From contig CAWGJS010000002.1 of assembly GCA_963822955.1 (NCBI GenBank), forward strand, positions 2,295,688 to 2,359,687: a DNA stretch of 64,000 nt, read 5' to 3'. Shown piece by piece: positions 9,918-18,773 of the stretch. The stretch's first letter is position 1; the number at the start of each line of letters is the position of its first letter. The notes under the pieces are model-generated. The model was not told where the DNA came from, did no database searches, and worked only from the letters and a program-made list of their open reading frames with translations. The DNA is from an uncultured Actinomycetota bacterium (GTDB taxonomy: Bacteria > Actinomycetota > Actinomycetes > Streptosporangiales > Streptosporangiaceae). The position numbers and the translations under genes were made by a program.

Positions 9918-10145
9918 CTAGCCGACGGGCTGGCCGGCGGCGAGGGCCTTAACGTCCGCGGTGGTCAGCGGATTGCCGGCGATGCCCCAGTCGCCGCTCT
10001 TGACTTCTTCGACGACCACCCAGGTGACCGGTCGCATGTTCTCGCCCTCGATCTCGACCATGGTGTCGGTCAGCCGGCGCACCATGTCCTGCTTCTGGTC
10101 AGCAGAGAAGACTCCCTCGATGACCTTGACGTTGACGAACGGCAT
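9918..10145 (-). CDS. 4-oxalocrotonate tautomerase family protein
   Basis: MPFVNVKVIEGVFS... has the catalytic Pro1 after Met. Length is about 75 aa when started at 10145. Confidence 0.8.
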   Translation of the reverse strand: MPFVNVKVIEGVFSADQKQDMVRRLTDTMVEIEGENMRPVTWVVVEEVKSGDWGIAGNPLTTADVKALAAGQPVG

Positions 10146-10192
10146 AGCCGTGTCCCTTCCTCCAGTCGGCTGGGATGCCGACGGGCTCAAAT

Positions 10193-10212
10193 TAGCACGA
10201 TCGTTCGTGCTA
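10193..10212. promoter_or_regulatory. candidate TetR operator (8-4-8 inverted repeat TAGCACGA-tcgt-TCGTGCTA)
   Basis: Perfect 8-bp arms lie in the 77-bp divergent intergenic region between the tautomerase (start 10145) and tetR (start 10223). Confidence 0.55.
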
Positions 10213-10222
10213 CGATAGGTGC

Positions 10223-10858
10223 ATGCCGGCGAAAACCAGCCACGGGGCCAGGACCAGGCAGGCCATCCTCGCGACCGCCGCCGACGTGGCCTCCGTCGAC
10301 GGTCTCGACGGCCTGACCGTCGGGCGGCTTGCCGCCGAGCTGTCGATGAGCAAGAGCGGGCTGTTCGCCCATTTCGGCTCCAAGCAGGACCTCCAGCTGG
10401 CCACCATCGAGGAAGCCCGGCAACGTTACGTGCGAGAGGTCATCGAGCCGGCGCTGGCCGCGAACCCGGGCATCCGGCGGCTGCATGCGCTGTGCGAGTC
10501 GTTCCTGTCCTACCTCGACCGCGGCGTGTTCCCCGGCGGATGCTTTTTCGCCTCGGCGATGGCCGAATTCGACGCCAAGGCACCGGGCCCGGTGCGAGAC
10601 CGGATCGCCGAATGCCAGGCCCAGTGGATGGGCACCCTCGAGCGCTCCGCCCGGGCCGCGCAGGCAGCAGCCGAGCTGGAAACCAGCACCGACCCGCAGC
10701 AGCTCGCCTTCGAGCTCGAGGCCGCTCTGCTGTCCGCGAACTGGTACTACCACCTCTACCACGATCCCGCCTACCTGGAGCGGGCCCGCCGCGCTGTCCG
10801 GGACCGCCTGGCCAGCCAGGCCACACGAAAGGGCCTGCGCTCGCTGCCGCCGGAATAA
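10223..10858 (+). CDS. TetR/AcrR family transcriptional regulator
   Basis: N-terminal HTH TRQAILATAADVASVDGLDGLTVGRLAAELSMSKSGLFAHFGSKQDL. Confidence 0.85.
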   Translation: MPAKTSHGARTRQAILATAADVASVDGLDGLTVGRLAAELSMSKSGLFAHFGSKQDLQLATIEEARQRYVREVIEPALAANPGIRRLHALCESFLSYLDRGVFPGGCFFASAMAEFDAKAPGPVRDRIAECQAQWMGTLERSARAAQAAAELETSTDPQQLAFELEAALLSANWYYHLYHDPAYLERARRAVRDRLASQATRKGLRSLPPE

Positions 10859-10972
10859 CAAGCCCAACCAGCAGCGATACATCAGGCTCACGCGTTCCGC
10901 TTCCGGCAGGGTCCATGGTGGTATGCCTGCCGCGACGGCGTGCAGCCGCACCGCACCGCCAGCCCGCCATGG

Positions 10973-11884
10973 CTACGGGTTACCCAGCGCAGCCTGAGCG
11001 AGCACGTCCTTCGTCATCGCAGAGCAAGACGAGCCGGCCACCCACGCCTCTGCGTCGCTAACGACGGTAGCGGCCGTCACGATCACCGCGGCAGGCTTGC
11101 CCTGGTACCTGGCGACGTCGATGACCAGGATGGACTGGCCAGGAGCGATCAGTCCGATGCAGCCTGCCAGTCGCCTCGCACTCGGGCCGTCCGCGGCGGG
11201 GCCTGCCGCGCTGCTGGTCAGCGCTGCGGCTGTGCTCGCCGGCGGCTGTGCCGCGAAGGCGTCTACGGCCTCAGCGGCGTGCACCGCGGAGATCGCCTCG
11301 GTGCGCAGGTGCGCGGCCACGAAGTTCGTGTGCGACTCGACGACGCGAATCGTGTGCAGCGACCCAGGCTGGCCGTAGGTGACGTCGGGCCCGGGCGACA
11401 TCTGCTGGGCCGGGGCTGCTGCGCCTGCCAGGGGCGAGGACGGCGAGCGCGTGACGCTGGTGCCGACATTGCCGGCCGCCAGGTAGCTGCCCGCCGCCGC
11501 GATCACGACCGCGCCGGTGGCGGCAGCCAGCTGTGTCGCCGCGGCCGACAGGCCCGGCGGGTGCCAGCCGCCGCCAGCCCCCGCGCGCGGCCGGCGGGCT
11601 GGCAGGTCGCGGCGGGCGGGCTCGGTCGCGGGCATCGCGGCGAGGCGCTGCTTTGCCTCGCTGCTGATTGCCGAGGCGATCCGGGCGGACAGGTTCTCCG
11701 GCATCGGCGGGTACGAAGCGCTGGCCAGGATGGCTGCGATGGCATTGAGCTGCTGGCGGACCCGGGTGCACTGCTCGCACTGGGCAACGTGCGCCTGGAT
11801 CTTAGCGGCCTTGCGCGGCCGCAGCTCGCCGACGGCCAGCCTGGCAAGCTGGTCCGCGGCCGGGTGCTTGTCGTGCCGGGTCAT
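10973..11884 (-). CDS. anti-sigma factor (zf-HC2 type) with one TM segment
   Basis: N-terminal HVAQCEQC zinc-finger-like motif. A central hydrophobic segment (AAATGAVVIAAAGSYLAA) is followed by an extracytoplasmic domain. Confidence 0.65.
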   Translation of the reverse strand: MTRHDKHPAADQLARLAVGELRPRKAAKIQAHVAQCEQCTRVRQQLNAIAAILASASYPPMPENLSARIASAISSEAKQRLAAMPATEPARRDLPARRPRAGAGGGWHPPGLSAAATQLAAATGAVVIAAAGSYLAAGNVGTSVTRSPSSPLAGAAAPAQQMSPGPDVTYGQPGSLHTIRVVESHTNFVAAHLRTEAISAVHAAEAVDAFAAQPPASTAAALTSSAAGPAADGPSARRLAGCIGLIAPGQSILVIDVARYQGKPAAVIVTAATVVSDAEAWVAGSSCSAMTKDVLAQAALGNP

Positions 11885-11893
11885 GACGGGCTG

Positions 11894-12150
11894 TCACCCC
11901 GCTCTCACCCGGGCAGGACGCGTCCGGCCGGCGGCCGGTTTCCCTCTGCCCTGCTCTTGCGCCGCCGGGCGCAGGTGCGCCAGCTGTGGCAGCGGCCGGG
12001 CACGGCCGCGCGCCGCCCGGGCTCTTGACCGTTCCTTCGCAAACGGCCGAGTATACCCACCGGCACGAGCGCCGCCCACTGGTCGATTACCAGGTGCTGA
12101 GCAGGTAATAATCCTAAGGGAATGTCGTAATACGCCTCCTATGCATTACC
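11894..12150 (-). pseudogene. ECF sigma-70 factor remnant (region 4 only, frameshifted)
   Basis: Combining frames gives ...LLPAQHLVIDQWAALVPVGILG(fs)VCEGTVKS(fs)RAARGRARPLPQL. This matches the region-4 HTH signature (GTVKSR). An in-frame TAG lies upstream and no region 2 is present. The remnant ends 8 nt before the anti-sigma ATG. Confidence 0.5.
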
Positions 12151-12214
12151 AAAGGCACCTCGCATGCTAATAGCATTGCTAGTAGCTATGTGAATAGCAC
12201 ACGGGAGGCAAAAC

Positions 12215-12493
12215 GTGTCCTTTGATGAGCCCGATGGTTCGGCGCGACGCCCGCGGCACTTTTACGTCCTGAGCGATGGCGTATTTTCGATCTTCAAGAT
12301 CGGCCAGTCATTCAACCCCCTAGGTCGGAAGTCGCCAGCGCAAGCATTCTGGTATCAGAACATCCCTGGGGCTGGGGAACTGCAAGTGCTTCACGTAGAG
12401 CACGATTCCGGCGAGATCGAGCAGGAATTGCACGAGGCGTTGCGCTGCCTGGGTTTCACCCATGGCGTACAAAGCTGGGGAAAGGTGGAATGA
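12215..12493 (+). CDS. GIY-YIG-like (T5orf172/MUG113-type) domain protein, probably frameshifted at its 3' end
   Basis: GTG start with GGGAGG 6 nt upstream. FYVLSDG..IFKIGQSFNPLGR ... EIEQELHEAL fits the T5orf172 pattern. The expected GEWF-like end continues in another frame (ERWNDSTYQGCRCDGCR). The upstream DNA is AT-rich. Confidence 0.45.
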   Translation: MSFDEPDGSARRPRHFYVLSDGVFSIFKIGQSFNPLGRKSPAQAFWYQNIPGAGELQVLHVEHDSGEIEQELHEALRCLGFTHGVQSWGKVE

Positions 12494-13531
12494 TTCGACT
12501 TATCAGGGCTGCCGGTGCGACGGCTGTCGTGCTCCCCACGCTGCCGCCGTACGCGATCGCAGAGACAGGAGCGCGGATAGGGACGCCTGGACCGACAAGC
12601 GGAAGCGCAGTAATACCCTGCTGCTCGATGCGCTCGACCGCTGCGGCCTGACCGAGGAGCAGTTCCTCCAGCTCCTGGTGAACAAACGGCGCCGCACCGG
12701 AGGTACTGCAGGGCCGGGCAGACGAGAGCTATCACGAGAATCCGCGCCAGGCACCAGCCAGACCCGGATGTGCAATCGCTCACCGACGCTCCGCCGAGTT
12801 GCATGCGCGCTGGGCTGCCGCGGAGGGCGACACCACGAGTGAACTCCCTGACGCCGCCCAGGACGAGAGTCATACGGCAGACTTCGATGCCGCTGCGGAG
12901 AGGTTCAGGCAACGCATCGTGGCTCAGAGCGGGGTCGCCTGGCCGCGTAAACGCCCGGCCCAGCAGTCCGGCACCGTCCCCGTCGCCAGCGGGCCGGTAA
13001 GCGAGGCGGCTGAAACGGTCCTGGGCTACCTGAAGTCCCGCGCTCCGGCCGCGCGCAGTCCCGTCCGGGCTGGCCGTCGTCCCTGGACGTCACCGCGTTC
13101 GGGTGCGGGCTCTCGCGTGATGAGCGTGATGAGGTAGCCATCGCGGTCTATCAGCTCATCCAGGCCGGCTGGGTATCCCGCCGCACCGACGGCTCGCTGA
13201 TGATCGCGCCGGACGCCCCACCACGGGCGCAGGCAGCTCCCCGACGGCCGCCGCGGCCCGGCCGGAACCCCGGACGAGCAGCCAGATCGCAGCGCCATCT
13301 CGTTCACGCCTGTGGGATGTCATGGCGATCGGGGCCGCCGACATGTAGTCAGTCAGGTGGGACAGAACCAGCAGCCCGGCAAGGGCGCCCAGCGTGGTTC
13401 CTGGCCGTGCGCACTGGCTGGGGTTAGAGCCACCCGGCAGTGGGCTTGGGACGTTACCGGGGCAGCGTGGTGAATAGCTGCGTACTTTGACACTGTCGCG
13501 AAGCGTGGCTAATGGTTTCCCTGGAGGGTAT

Positions 13532-14962
13532 ATGGGCGGAAAATGGCTGCTTCAACGTGGCCGTTGGTTCCGCAGAGGCCTGGTCGCGGGCTCACTGGCC
13601 GTCGTGTTCGGCGGCTGGCTGGCCTGCACGGGTCCGACAGCCGCCGCGGCTCCGGTGAGACTGCCGAGCGTCGCGCAGGCGCGGACTTCGGCGGACTGGC
13701 AGGCATATCTGAACGGGCCCCGGCATTCGTCGTATGCGCCAGCACAGACTGCTATCACTTCAGCGAGCGCGCGGCAGGTAGTGCAACTGTGGCATCACGC
13801 GCCGGGCCGAACTTACCTGGCTAGCCCGACCGTCGCTGACGGGGCGGTGTTCATCGGCGCGGACGGCGGCTGGTTCTACAAGCTCAGGCTGACCACGGGC
13901 ACGGTGCTCGGCAAGAGGTTCCTCGGCTTCCAGCCGCACAAGACCTGCGGAGCGTTCGGCACCGTGGATACGGCCACCGTGACAACCGACCCTGGCGACC
14001 ATCAGCCGACCGTTTATGTCGCAGGCGCCGATGGCTACCTATACGCGCTGAACGCGTCGAACCTGCGGGTGAAGTGGAAGTCAGTTATCGCCATCCCGTC
14101 CACCACGGTCAGCAGCTACTTTGACTGGTCATCCCCGACGGTGGCGAACGGCAGAATCTACATTGGCGTCGCGTCGAACTGCGACAACCCGCTGGTCCAT
14201 GCCGGGCTGATCAGCTACAACCAGGTGACAGGCAAGAAACTCGCCGAGTTTTACACAACGCCGAAGGGCGATGTCGGCGGCTCGATCTGGTCGAGCGTCG
14301 CGGTCGCACCAGACGGCGACGTGTTCGCCACCACTGGCAACGGGCCGGAAGATGACCAGCTGCTTGGCTACTCCGAGTCGATCCTCAAGTTCAGCCCGAG
14401 GCTCAGGCTGCTCGGCCGGTTCCAGGTACCGGCAACGCAGGTGAACTACGACGCTGACTTCGGCGCCTCGCCGGTGCTGTTCGGGCGCTATGTCGGCGCC
14501 TGCGACAAGAACGGTATCTTCTACACGGTACGTCAGTCGACCATGACCCTGGCCTGGGAGAAGCGGGTCAGCGGCGCGTCCGGCCCGGTGACCGGGTGCA
14601 TCGCTGCTGCGGCGTACAACGGGCATCACCTGTTCATTGGCGGGTTGTCGGTCACCATCCGCGGCGTGTCCTACCGCGGCTCGATCCAGGAGCGTGACCC
14701 AGGCAACGGCAAGCTGGTGTGGGAGACCGGCCTGCCCGACGGCGTCATCGGCAGCCCCAGCCTGGACGGCGGCGGAGTACTCGCAGTCGGTACCTACGAC
14801 ATCTCCCCGGTTCCATCCGGCACCTACCTTGTCCGCGCTTCGGACGGCAGAATCCTGCGCAGGCTTGTCACAGGCATGGACTTCAGTCAGAGCGTCTTCG
14901 CCGGCGCCATGCTGTTCACCGCGAACGTCAACGGCGTGTATGGCTGGCACGTCAAGCACTAA
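13532..14962 (+). CDS. secreted PQQ-like beta-propeller repeat protein
   Basis: A signal-like N-terminus (RRGLVAGSLAVVFGGWLA) is followed by repeated ...DG.vy.g..dG.lyAl...tG...W motifs. RBS GGAGGG precedes the ATG at 13532. Confidence 0.75.
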   Translation: MGGKWLLQRGRWFRRGLVAGSLAVVFGGWLACTGPTAAAAPVRLPSVAQARTSADWQAYLNGPRHSSYAPAQTAITSASARQVVQLWHHAPGRTYLASPTVADGAVFIGADGGWFYKLRLTTGTVLGKRFLGFQPHKTCGAFGTVDTATVTTDPGDHQPTVYVAGADGYLYALNASNLRVKWKSVIAIPSTTVSSYFDWSSPTVANGRIYIGVASNCDNPLVHAGLISYNQVTGKKLAEFYTTPKGDVGGSIWSSVAVAPDGDVFATTGNGPEDDQLLGYSESILKFSPRLRLLGRFQVPATQVNYDADFGASPVLFGRYVGACDKNGIFYTVRQSTMTLAWEKRVSGASGPVTGCIAAAAYNGHHLFIGGLSVTIRGVSYRGSIQERDPGNGKLVWETGLPDGVIGSPSLDGGGVLAVGTYDISPVPSGTYLVRASDGRILRRLVTGMDFSQSVFAGAMLFTANVNGVYGWHVKH

Positions 14963-15113
14963 CGGGGCTTCGCCCCAGCCCGACGAGCCATGCCGTGGTG
15001 GCGGTGCTGCGTTGACAGGGCTCCGGCCGGCGACAGACGGTGACAGTGTCCCGTTATTGACCGCCTGGGCGGTAGGTGGCCGCTTGGGCCGAGTCGTCCG
15101 GCCGGAGCTTGTC

Positions 15114-15596
15114 ATGACGCTACCGCGCACTGTCGCTGAGGTGCTATCAGAGCACGTGGTCTTCGAGGTCGAGTGCATCGACCGGATGTACCTCAACGTG
15201 TATGTCCCGCAGCTGCAGTTCGCTCGCGGGCTGGTGGGTTACGTGCACCGGCAGCTCGGCCTGCCGGTCGCCTCGACGGCCCCGCTGGCGAGGATCACCG
15301 ATCGGTTCGCCGCCGCGGTGCACCGCTGTGCCGCCGATGAGCGGATCCCGTGGGTGGACTTCGCCAGGGGGCAGCGCAAGGACGATGTCATGCACGAGCA
15401 CCTGGCCGCGTTCGAGACGGCCGGCCGGACCGAGGGCATGCTGTTCATCGGCCGGGCGCAGGATAAGACGCAGGTGTTCCGGACCGAGAAGCGCCGCGAC
15501 CGTGACGGCCGCTCCTACCCGTGGATCGTCAAGACCACCGGGCTGGTCAACCAGTTCTACGTGTACTGCGTGGACAGCGACTTCGGCCCGTTCTTG
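15114..15596 (+). pseudogene. conserved actinobacterial hypothetical protein, 3'-truncated
   Basis: MTLPRTVAEVLSEHVVFEVECIDRMYLNVYVPQLQ...FYVYCVDSDFGPF reads like a well-formed protein. It then turns abruptly into low-complexity read-through at about 15597. I recall this family only vaguely and did not verify it. Its association with mobile elements is uncertain. Confidence 0.45.
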
Positions 15597-15598
15597 GC

Positions 15599-16033
15599 GG
15601 CTACCCCGCCGACAGGTTCTGGATCGTGTGGCCGATCTTGTCGCTCGTCATCTACGCGGTCGCCATGGTCGCGGCGGTCCTGGGACGGCTCGTCGGAGCT
15701 GCCGGGACCCTGGTCACCATCATCGTCATCGTCCTGTTCGGCAACCCGTCCTCCGGCGGCGCCAACGGGGTCCCCTACCTTCCGGCCTTCTGGCGTGACA
15801 TCGGCCCCTACCTGCCGCCCCGGAATGCCTACATCCTGCTGCACAACACGACCTACTTCAGCGGCCATGGCGCTACCCAAGCCACGGTCGTGCTGCTGGT
15901 GTACGCGGCCGCACTCACGCTAATCCTCGGCGTGCTGGAATGGTTCCGCACGCCAACCGCCAACATCCCGGTGACCGCCGAAACCGAGGAAGAGGCTGCA
16001 GCGATGGCAATACCGGTCGGCGCGCCACCGTAG
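15599..16033 (+). pseudogene. C-terminal fragment of a polytopic membrane protein (YhgE/Pip or DUF3533-like)
   Basis: Several TM segments plus GNPSSGGANGVPYLPAFWRDIGPYLPPRNAY. There is no N-terminal part and no start codon at the junction. Confidence 0.5.
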
Positions 16034-16039
16034 CCAGCG

Positions 16040-16324
16040 CCCATTCCCAAGGGTTGCGCCGCAAGTCCGGGCCTGGCCGCCGCTCCGTGCCTCGATGCAG
16101 GCAAACTGCCGCGGACGCGCCCGCGCGAGCGGCGCAACCGCGAGTTGCACGGAATCGGCATCGATGTAGCCCGTCGCGACGCACGGGTCAGCTCGCACGC
16201 TCGGCTGGTGGTCTGCCAGGTTGCCGAGGTCGATCGGCAGCTACAGGCCGCGGTACTCGTGCGAGTACCACTCAATGGCGTCGCCGATGACCGGGGCGTA
16301 CACCACCGGCAGCAGATACATGCC
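16040..16324 (-). pseudogene. malic-enzyme N-terminal-region fragment with in-frame stop
   Basis: GMYLLPVVYAPVIGDAIEWYSHEYRGL* resembles the conserved LP.vYTPtVG.ai..yS..fR motif of malic enzymes. Flanking parts are absent. Confidence 0.35.
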
Positions 16325-16395
16325 CGAGCTGAACGTCCTGTGCGGCATCGCCGTGCAGCACGCAAAGCGGGCAGCCCGTCACCAAGCACCTCGAA

Positions 16396-16596
16396 GTGGC
16401 GAACGGCTGGTTCTATAAGGCCGCATTGCAAATTCCGTCGGCGTTCTACGACGTCACTTCAGGCAGCAACGATCTCGCCAGAGTCGGCTGCTGCCACGGC
16501 ACCGTCGGCTACGACGAGGCAAGCGGTCTTGGCGTGCCGAACTGGGTCGTTCTGCCGGCCACACTCCCGAGGCCCGGCTTTGCTCGGAGGAGATAG
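16396..16596 (+). pseudogene. sedolisin (peptidase S53) C-terminal fragment
   Basis: WFYKAAL...AFYDVTSGSN......GYDEASGLGVPNW matches the S53 C-terminal signature. The catalytic domain is missing upstream. Confidence 0.5.
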
Positions 16597-17157
16597 GTGA
16601 GCACGCGCGAGCGGCTGCGGCGATCGACCGGCACTGCGCTGATGCCGCGGGACGTTGTTAACCTGTGGCGCCGGGTTCCGAGGGAAGCACAGTCCGCCGC
16701 TGACATCGCCGCCGTGGATCGCGGCGAGGGCAGGAGGCTCTTCTGTTATTACCGCGCCCTGTACGGGCAGTACCCGAGGCGGTTCATGGCGTGCATGCTC
16801 GACCTGACCGCAGACGGCCCGGTGGTGTCACCGCTGGTGTTCCTGAGATTCCTGCGGCAGCGAATTCCCGTCACCGAACAGGTCTTCTCCGCCCGCGTCC
16901 GCCCGTTTGAGAGCATGACGGAGGCCGTGCGTCTGCTCGGCAGTGGCCAATATGGTCCTGGACAGCTGTTTGAGCAGGCAGGTTATGCGGTTATCTCCTG
17001 CCAGACATCCCGCGGCATCCTGGAGTTCTCTGTCCGGCGGCCGGACGTCCCCCCTGATGCTGCACCATTTCAACCGCCTGGCGGACAGCTCGGAACGTGC
17101 CGACCTGCTAGACCAGGGGTAGCTACAGCCGACCTGCCGAACGCGATGCAACTATAA
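16597..17157 (+). CDS. hypothetical protein
   Basis: GTG start directly after GGAGGAGA. The frame is coherent. No family confidently recognised. Confidence 0.45.
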   Translation: MSTRERLRRSTGTALMPRDVVNLWRRVPREAQSAADIAAVDRGEGRRLFCYYRALYGQYPRRFMACMLDLTADGPVVSPLVFLRFLRQRIPVTEQVFSARVRPFESMTEAVRLLGSGQYGPGQLFEQAGYAVISCQTSRGILEFSVRRPDVPPDAAPFQPPGGQLGTCRPARPGVATADLPNAMQL

Positions 17158-17158
17158 T
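17153..17158 (+). promoter_or_regulatory. perfect -10 hexamer TATAAT; predicts a leaderless vapB transcript
   Basis: TATAAT ends 6 nt before the vapB ATG (17165). A TSS at the usual +7 would therefore fall on the A of the ATG. Confidence 0.45.
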
Positions 17159-17164
17159 GGTTAC

Positions 17165-17398
17165 ATGTCTGTGAGCCTGACGATACGCGACCTGCCGGAA
17201 GCAACCCGGGACATGCTCAGGCAGCGGGCCGAGGCTAGGCGCCAGTCGCTCAATTCCTACATCGTGGACCTGCTTGAGCGCGAAGCGGGGCTGCCCACGA
17301 TGAGCGAGTGGGCGGACATGGTGGAAACGCGTGCCCGCCTGGCCGGTTCCAGCGATGCCGCGGTCGAGGCCGTGCGCGAGCTCCGGGACGCCGTGTGA
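17165..17398 (+). CDS. vapB: ribbon-helix-helix (FitA/VapB-type) antitoxin
   Basis: SLTIRDLPEATRDMLRQRAEARRQSLNSYIVDLLE is the typical plasmid-stability/Arc-type antitoxin pattern. Its stop overlaps the toxin GTG (GTGA). Confidence 0.8.
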   Translation: MSVSLTIRDLPEATRDMLRQRAEARRQSLNSYIVDLLEREAGLPTMSEWADMVETRARLAGSSDAAVEAVRELRDAV

Positions 17399-17799
17399 GC
17401 GTGTCGGTCGTCGACGCGTCCGCGATCGTGGCGTTCCTGGCGTTCGATAACCCGCGCGGCAGGCACGTCGGCGCCCGGCTGCGCAAAGGGGACGCGTTTT
17501 ACGCGCCGACGATCCTTGACTATGAGGTCCTGGGAGCGCTGCGGGGGCTGGCGCGCAAGGACGACCGCCTCGATGACAGCTACGTCGTGGAATGTATCCG
17601 AGATCTTGAGCTGCTGCCGGTGCGCCGTGAGGACATCGCGCCGCTGCGCCGTCGGATCTGGGGACTTCGGCACAATCTCACCGTCTATGACGCCGCCTAC
17701 GTCGCCCTGGCGGAGAGGCTCAACGCCACGCTGGTGACATGCGACGAGAAGTTCGCACGCAGCACCGGAGTCGGGTGCCAGATCGAAACGATCATCTGA
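17395..17799 (+). CDS. vapC: PIN-domain ribonuclease toxin VapC
   Basis: VVDASAIVAFL ... LTVYDAAYVALAERLNATLVTCDEKF carries the conserved acidic PIN residues. Confidence 0.85.
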   Translation: MSVSVVDASAIVAFLAFDNPRGRHVGARLRKGDAFYAPTILDYEVLGALRGLARKDDRLDDSYVVECIRDLELLPVRREDIAPLRRRIWGLRHNLTVYDAAYVALAERLNATLVTCDEKFARSTGVGCQIETII

Positions 17800-17918
17800 C
17801 AGCCGCGCTCTTGGCTGGCGGAACACCGATATGGCCGTTGGCTCAGACACCGGGTCTGGCGCGGGCAGGCGGGCACGCCTATGCCGGACATCACCTGATA
17901 GCGGGCAGGGAGCCGCCC

Positions 17919-18164
17919 ATGACAACCCCGCATGCCAGACGACCACAGATCCCGCCCAGCCCTGCCTGCAGCCCGGCAGCGATCCGCGCCGTGCTCGCCG
18001 CCAGCGCCGACACCGCCGTGCTGCAAAGCTATGATTAGGATCTGGACGCCGCATACGAGCAGGCCCGTCAGCACGGCGACCTGACACCCCTGGCAGGCAC
18101 CGGCGGGCCGCCGCCCGGCCAGCGGATGACGCGGCAGGAAGTCCGTACCCGGCACGGCATCTGA
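17919..18164 (+). pseudogene. antitoxin-like gene (DUF6247-like) with in-frame TAG
   Basis: ...AAIRAVLAASADTAVLQSYD*DLDAAYEQARQHGDLTPL. The TAG is at 18036-18038. The DUF6247 assignment is from memory and was not checked. Confidence 0.4.
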
Positions 18165-18167
18165 CCG

Positions 18168-18432
18168 GTGTACCGGTGGGAGCCGGACCGCCCGGCCCAG
18201 TAGGAACTCGCCGCACTCAGCCCAGCAGCACGGGCAGCGCTCGCCACCTTCATGGACGCCGTCGTCATCGGCCGGCCCGCTCCAGTACCAGCGACACGCC
18301 GGCGAGCGCAACCCGCCCGCGCCACTGCGCACCCTGCACTTCGGACCGCACCACGAGGGACTGGTCACGTTCCTCGTCTATCCTCCCGACGACCTCGTGC
18401 TCGTCGTCAGAATCCAATGGCTCGGAGACTGA
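18168..18432 (+). pseudogene. RelE/ParE-family toxin remnant (in-frame TAG plus frameshift)
   Basis: VYRWEPDRPAQ*ELAALSPAARAALATFMDAVVI(fs)...LRTLHFGPHHEGLVTFLVYPPDDLVLVVRIQWLGD. Length is 265 nt, which is 3n+1. Confidence 0.5.
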
Positions 18433-18713
18433 CCGATCATCTGCCGCTCATGCATGAATAGCGAAGGTTAGGTGGGACGCGTAACCACCCGGCCACCTGC
18501 ATGGTGATTCGCTTGTGTCGCGTCCGGCGACGATCGTGAAGGCCAGCTTCGCGGAGGCCGCCGATCTAATCAGGTAACGGAAGACCGTCCCTGCAACGGA
18601 AGACTGCTCGAGTCCAGACGACGACAGGGACCACGTCGCGCGATCGGGAGAGCTCTACCGGATACGGCGGGCGGGCAAACGCGGTACCGACGGCAACAGT
18701 GACGAAGGCCGAC

Positions 18714-18743
18714 GGCGGGCCCGCATTTATCGCCGGGCCCGCC
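18714..18743 (-). terminator. 10-bp GC stem-loop downstream of BON paralog 1
   Basis: GGCGGGCCCG-catttatcgc-CGGGCCCGCC, 31-60 nt after the stop at 18774. No U-tract follows. Confidence 0.4.
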
Positions 18744-18773
18744 TCGGAAGCGCCGACCTAAGACCCAGTCTGG

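Noticed and set aside
13524-13529. A GGGTAT hexamer upstream of the PQQ-propeller gene. Also GGGTAC at 58048-58053 and 37340-37345.
   Set aside because: The copy at 13524 is part of the GGAGGG RBS, 2 nt from the ATG. The other two lie 80-125 nt from their start codons. Given about 60 chance occurrences expected in the window, they are not counted as promoter evidence.
14637-15923. A 428-aa ORF spanning the end of the PQQ-propeller gene, an intergenic region and two gene fragments.
   Set aside because: Only residues from the ATG at 15114 to about 15596 look protein-like. The remainder is out-of-frame overlap and low-complexity read-through across a truncation junction.
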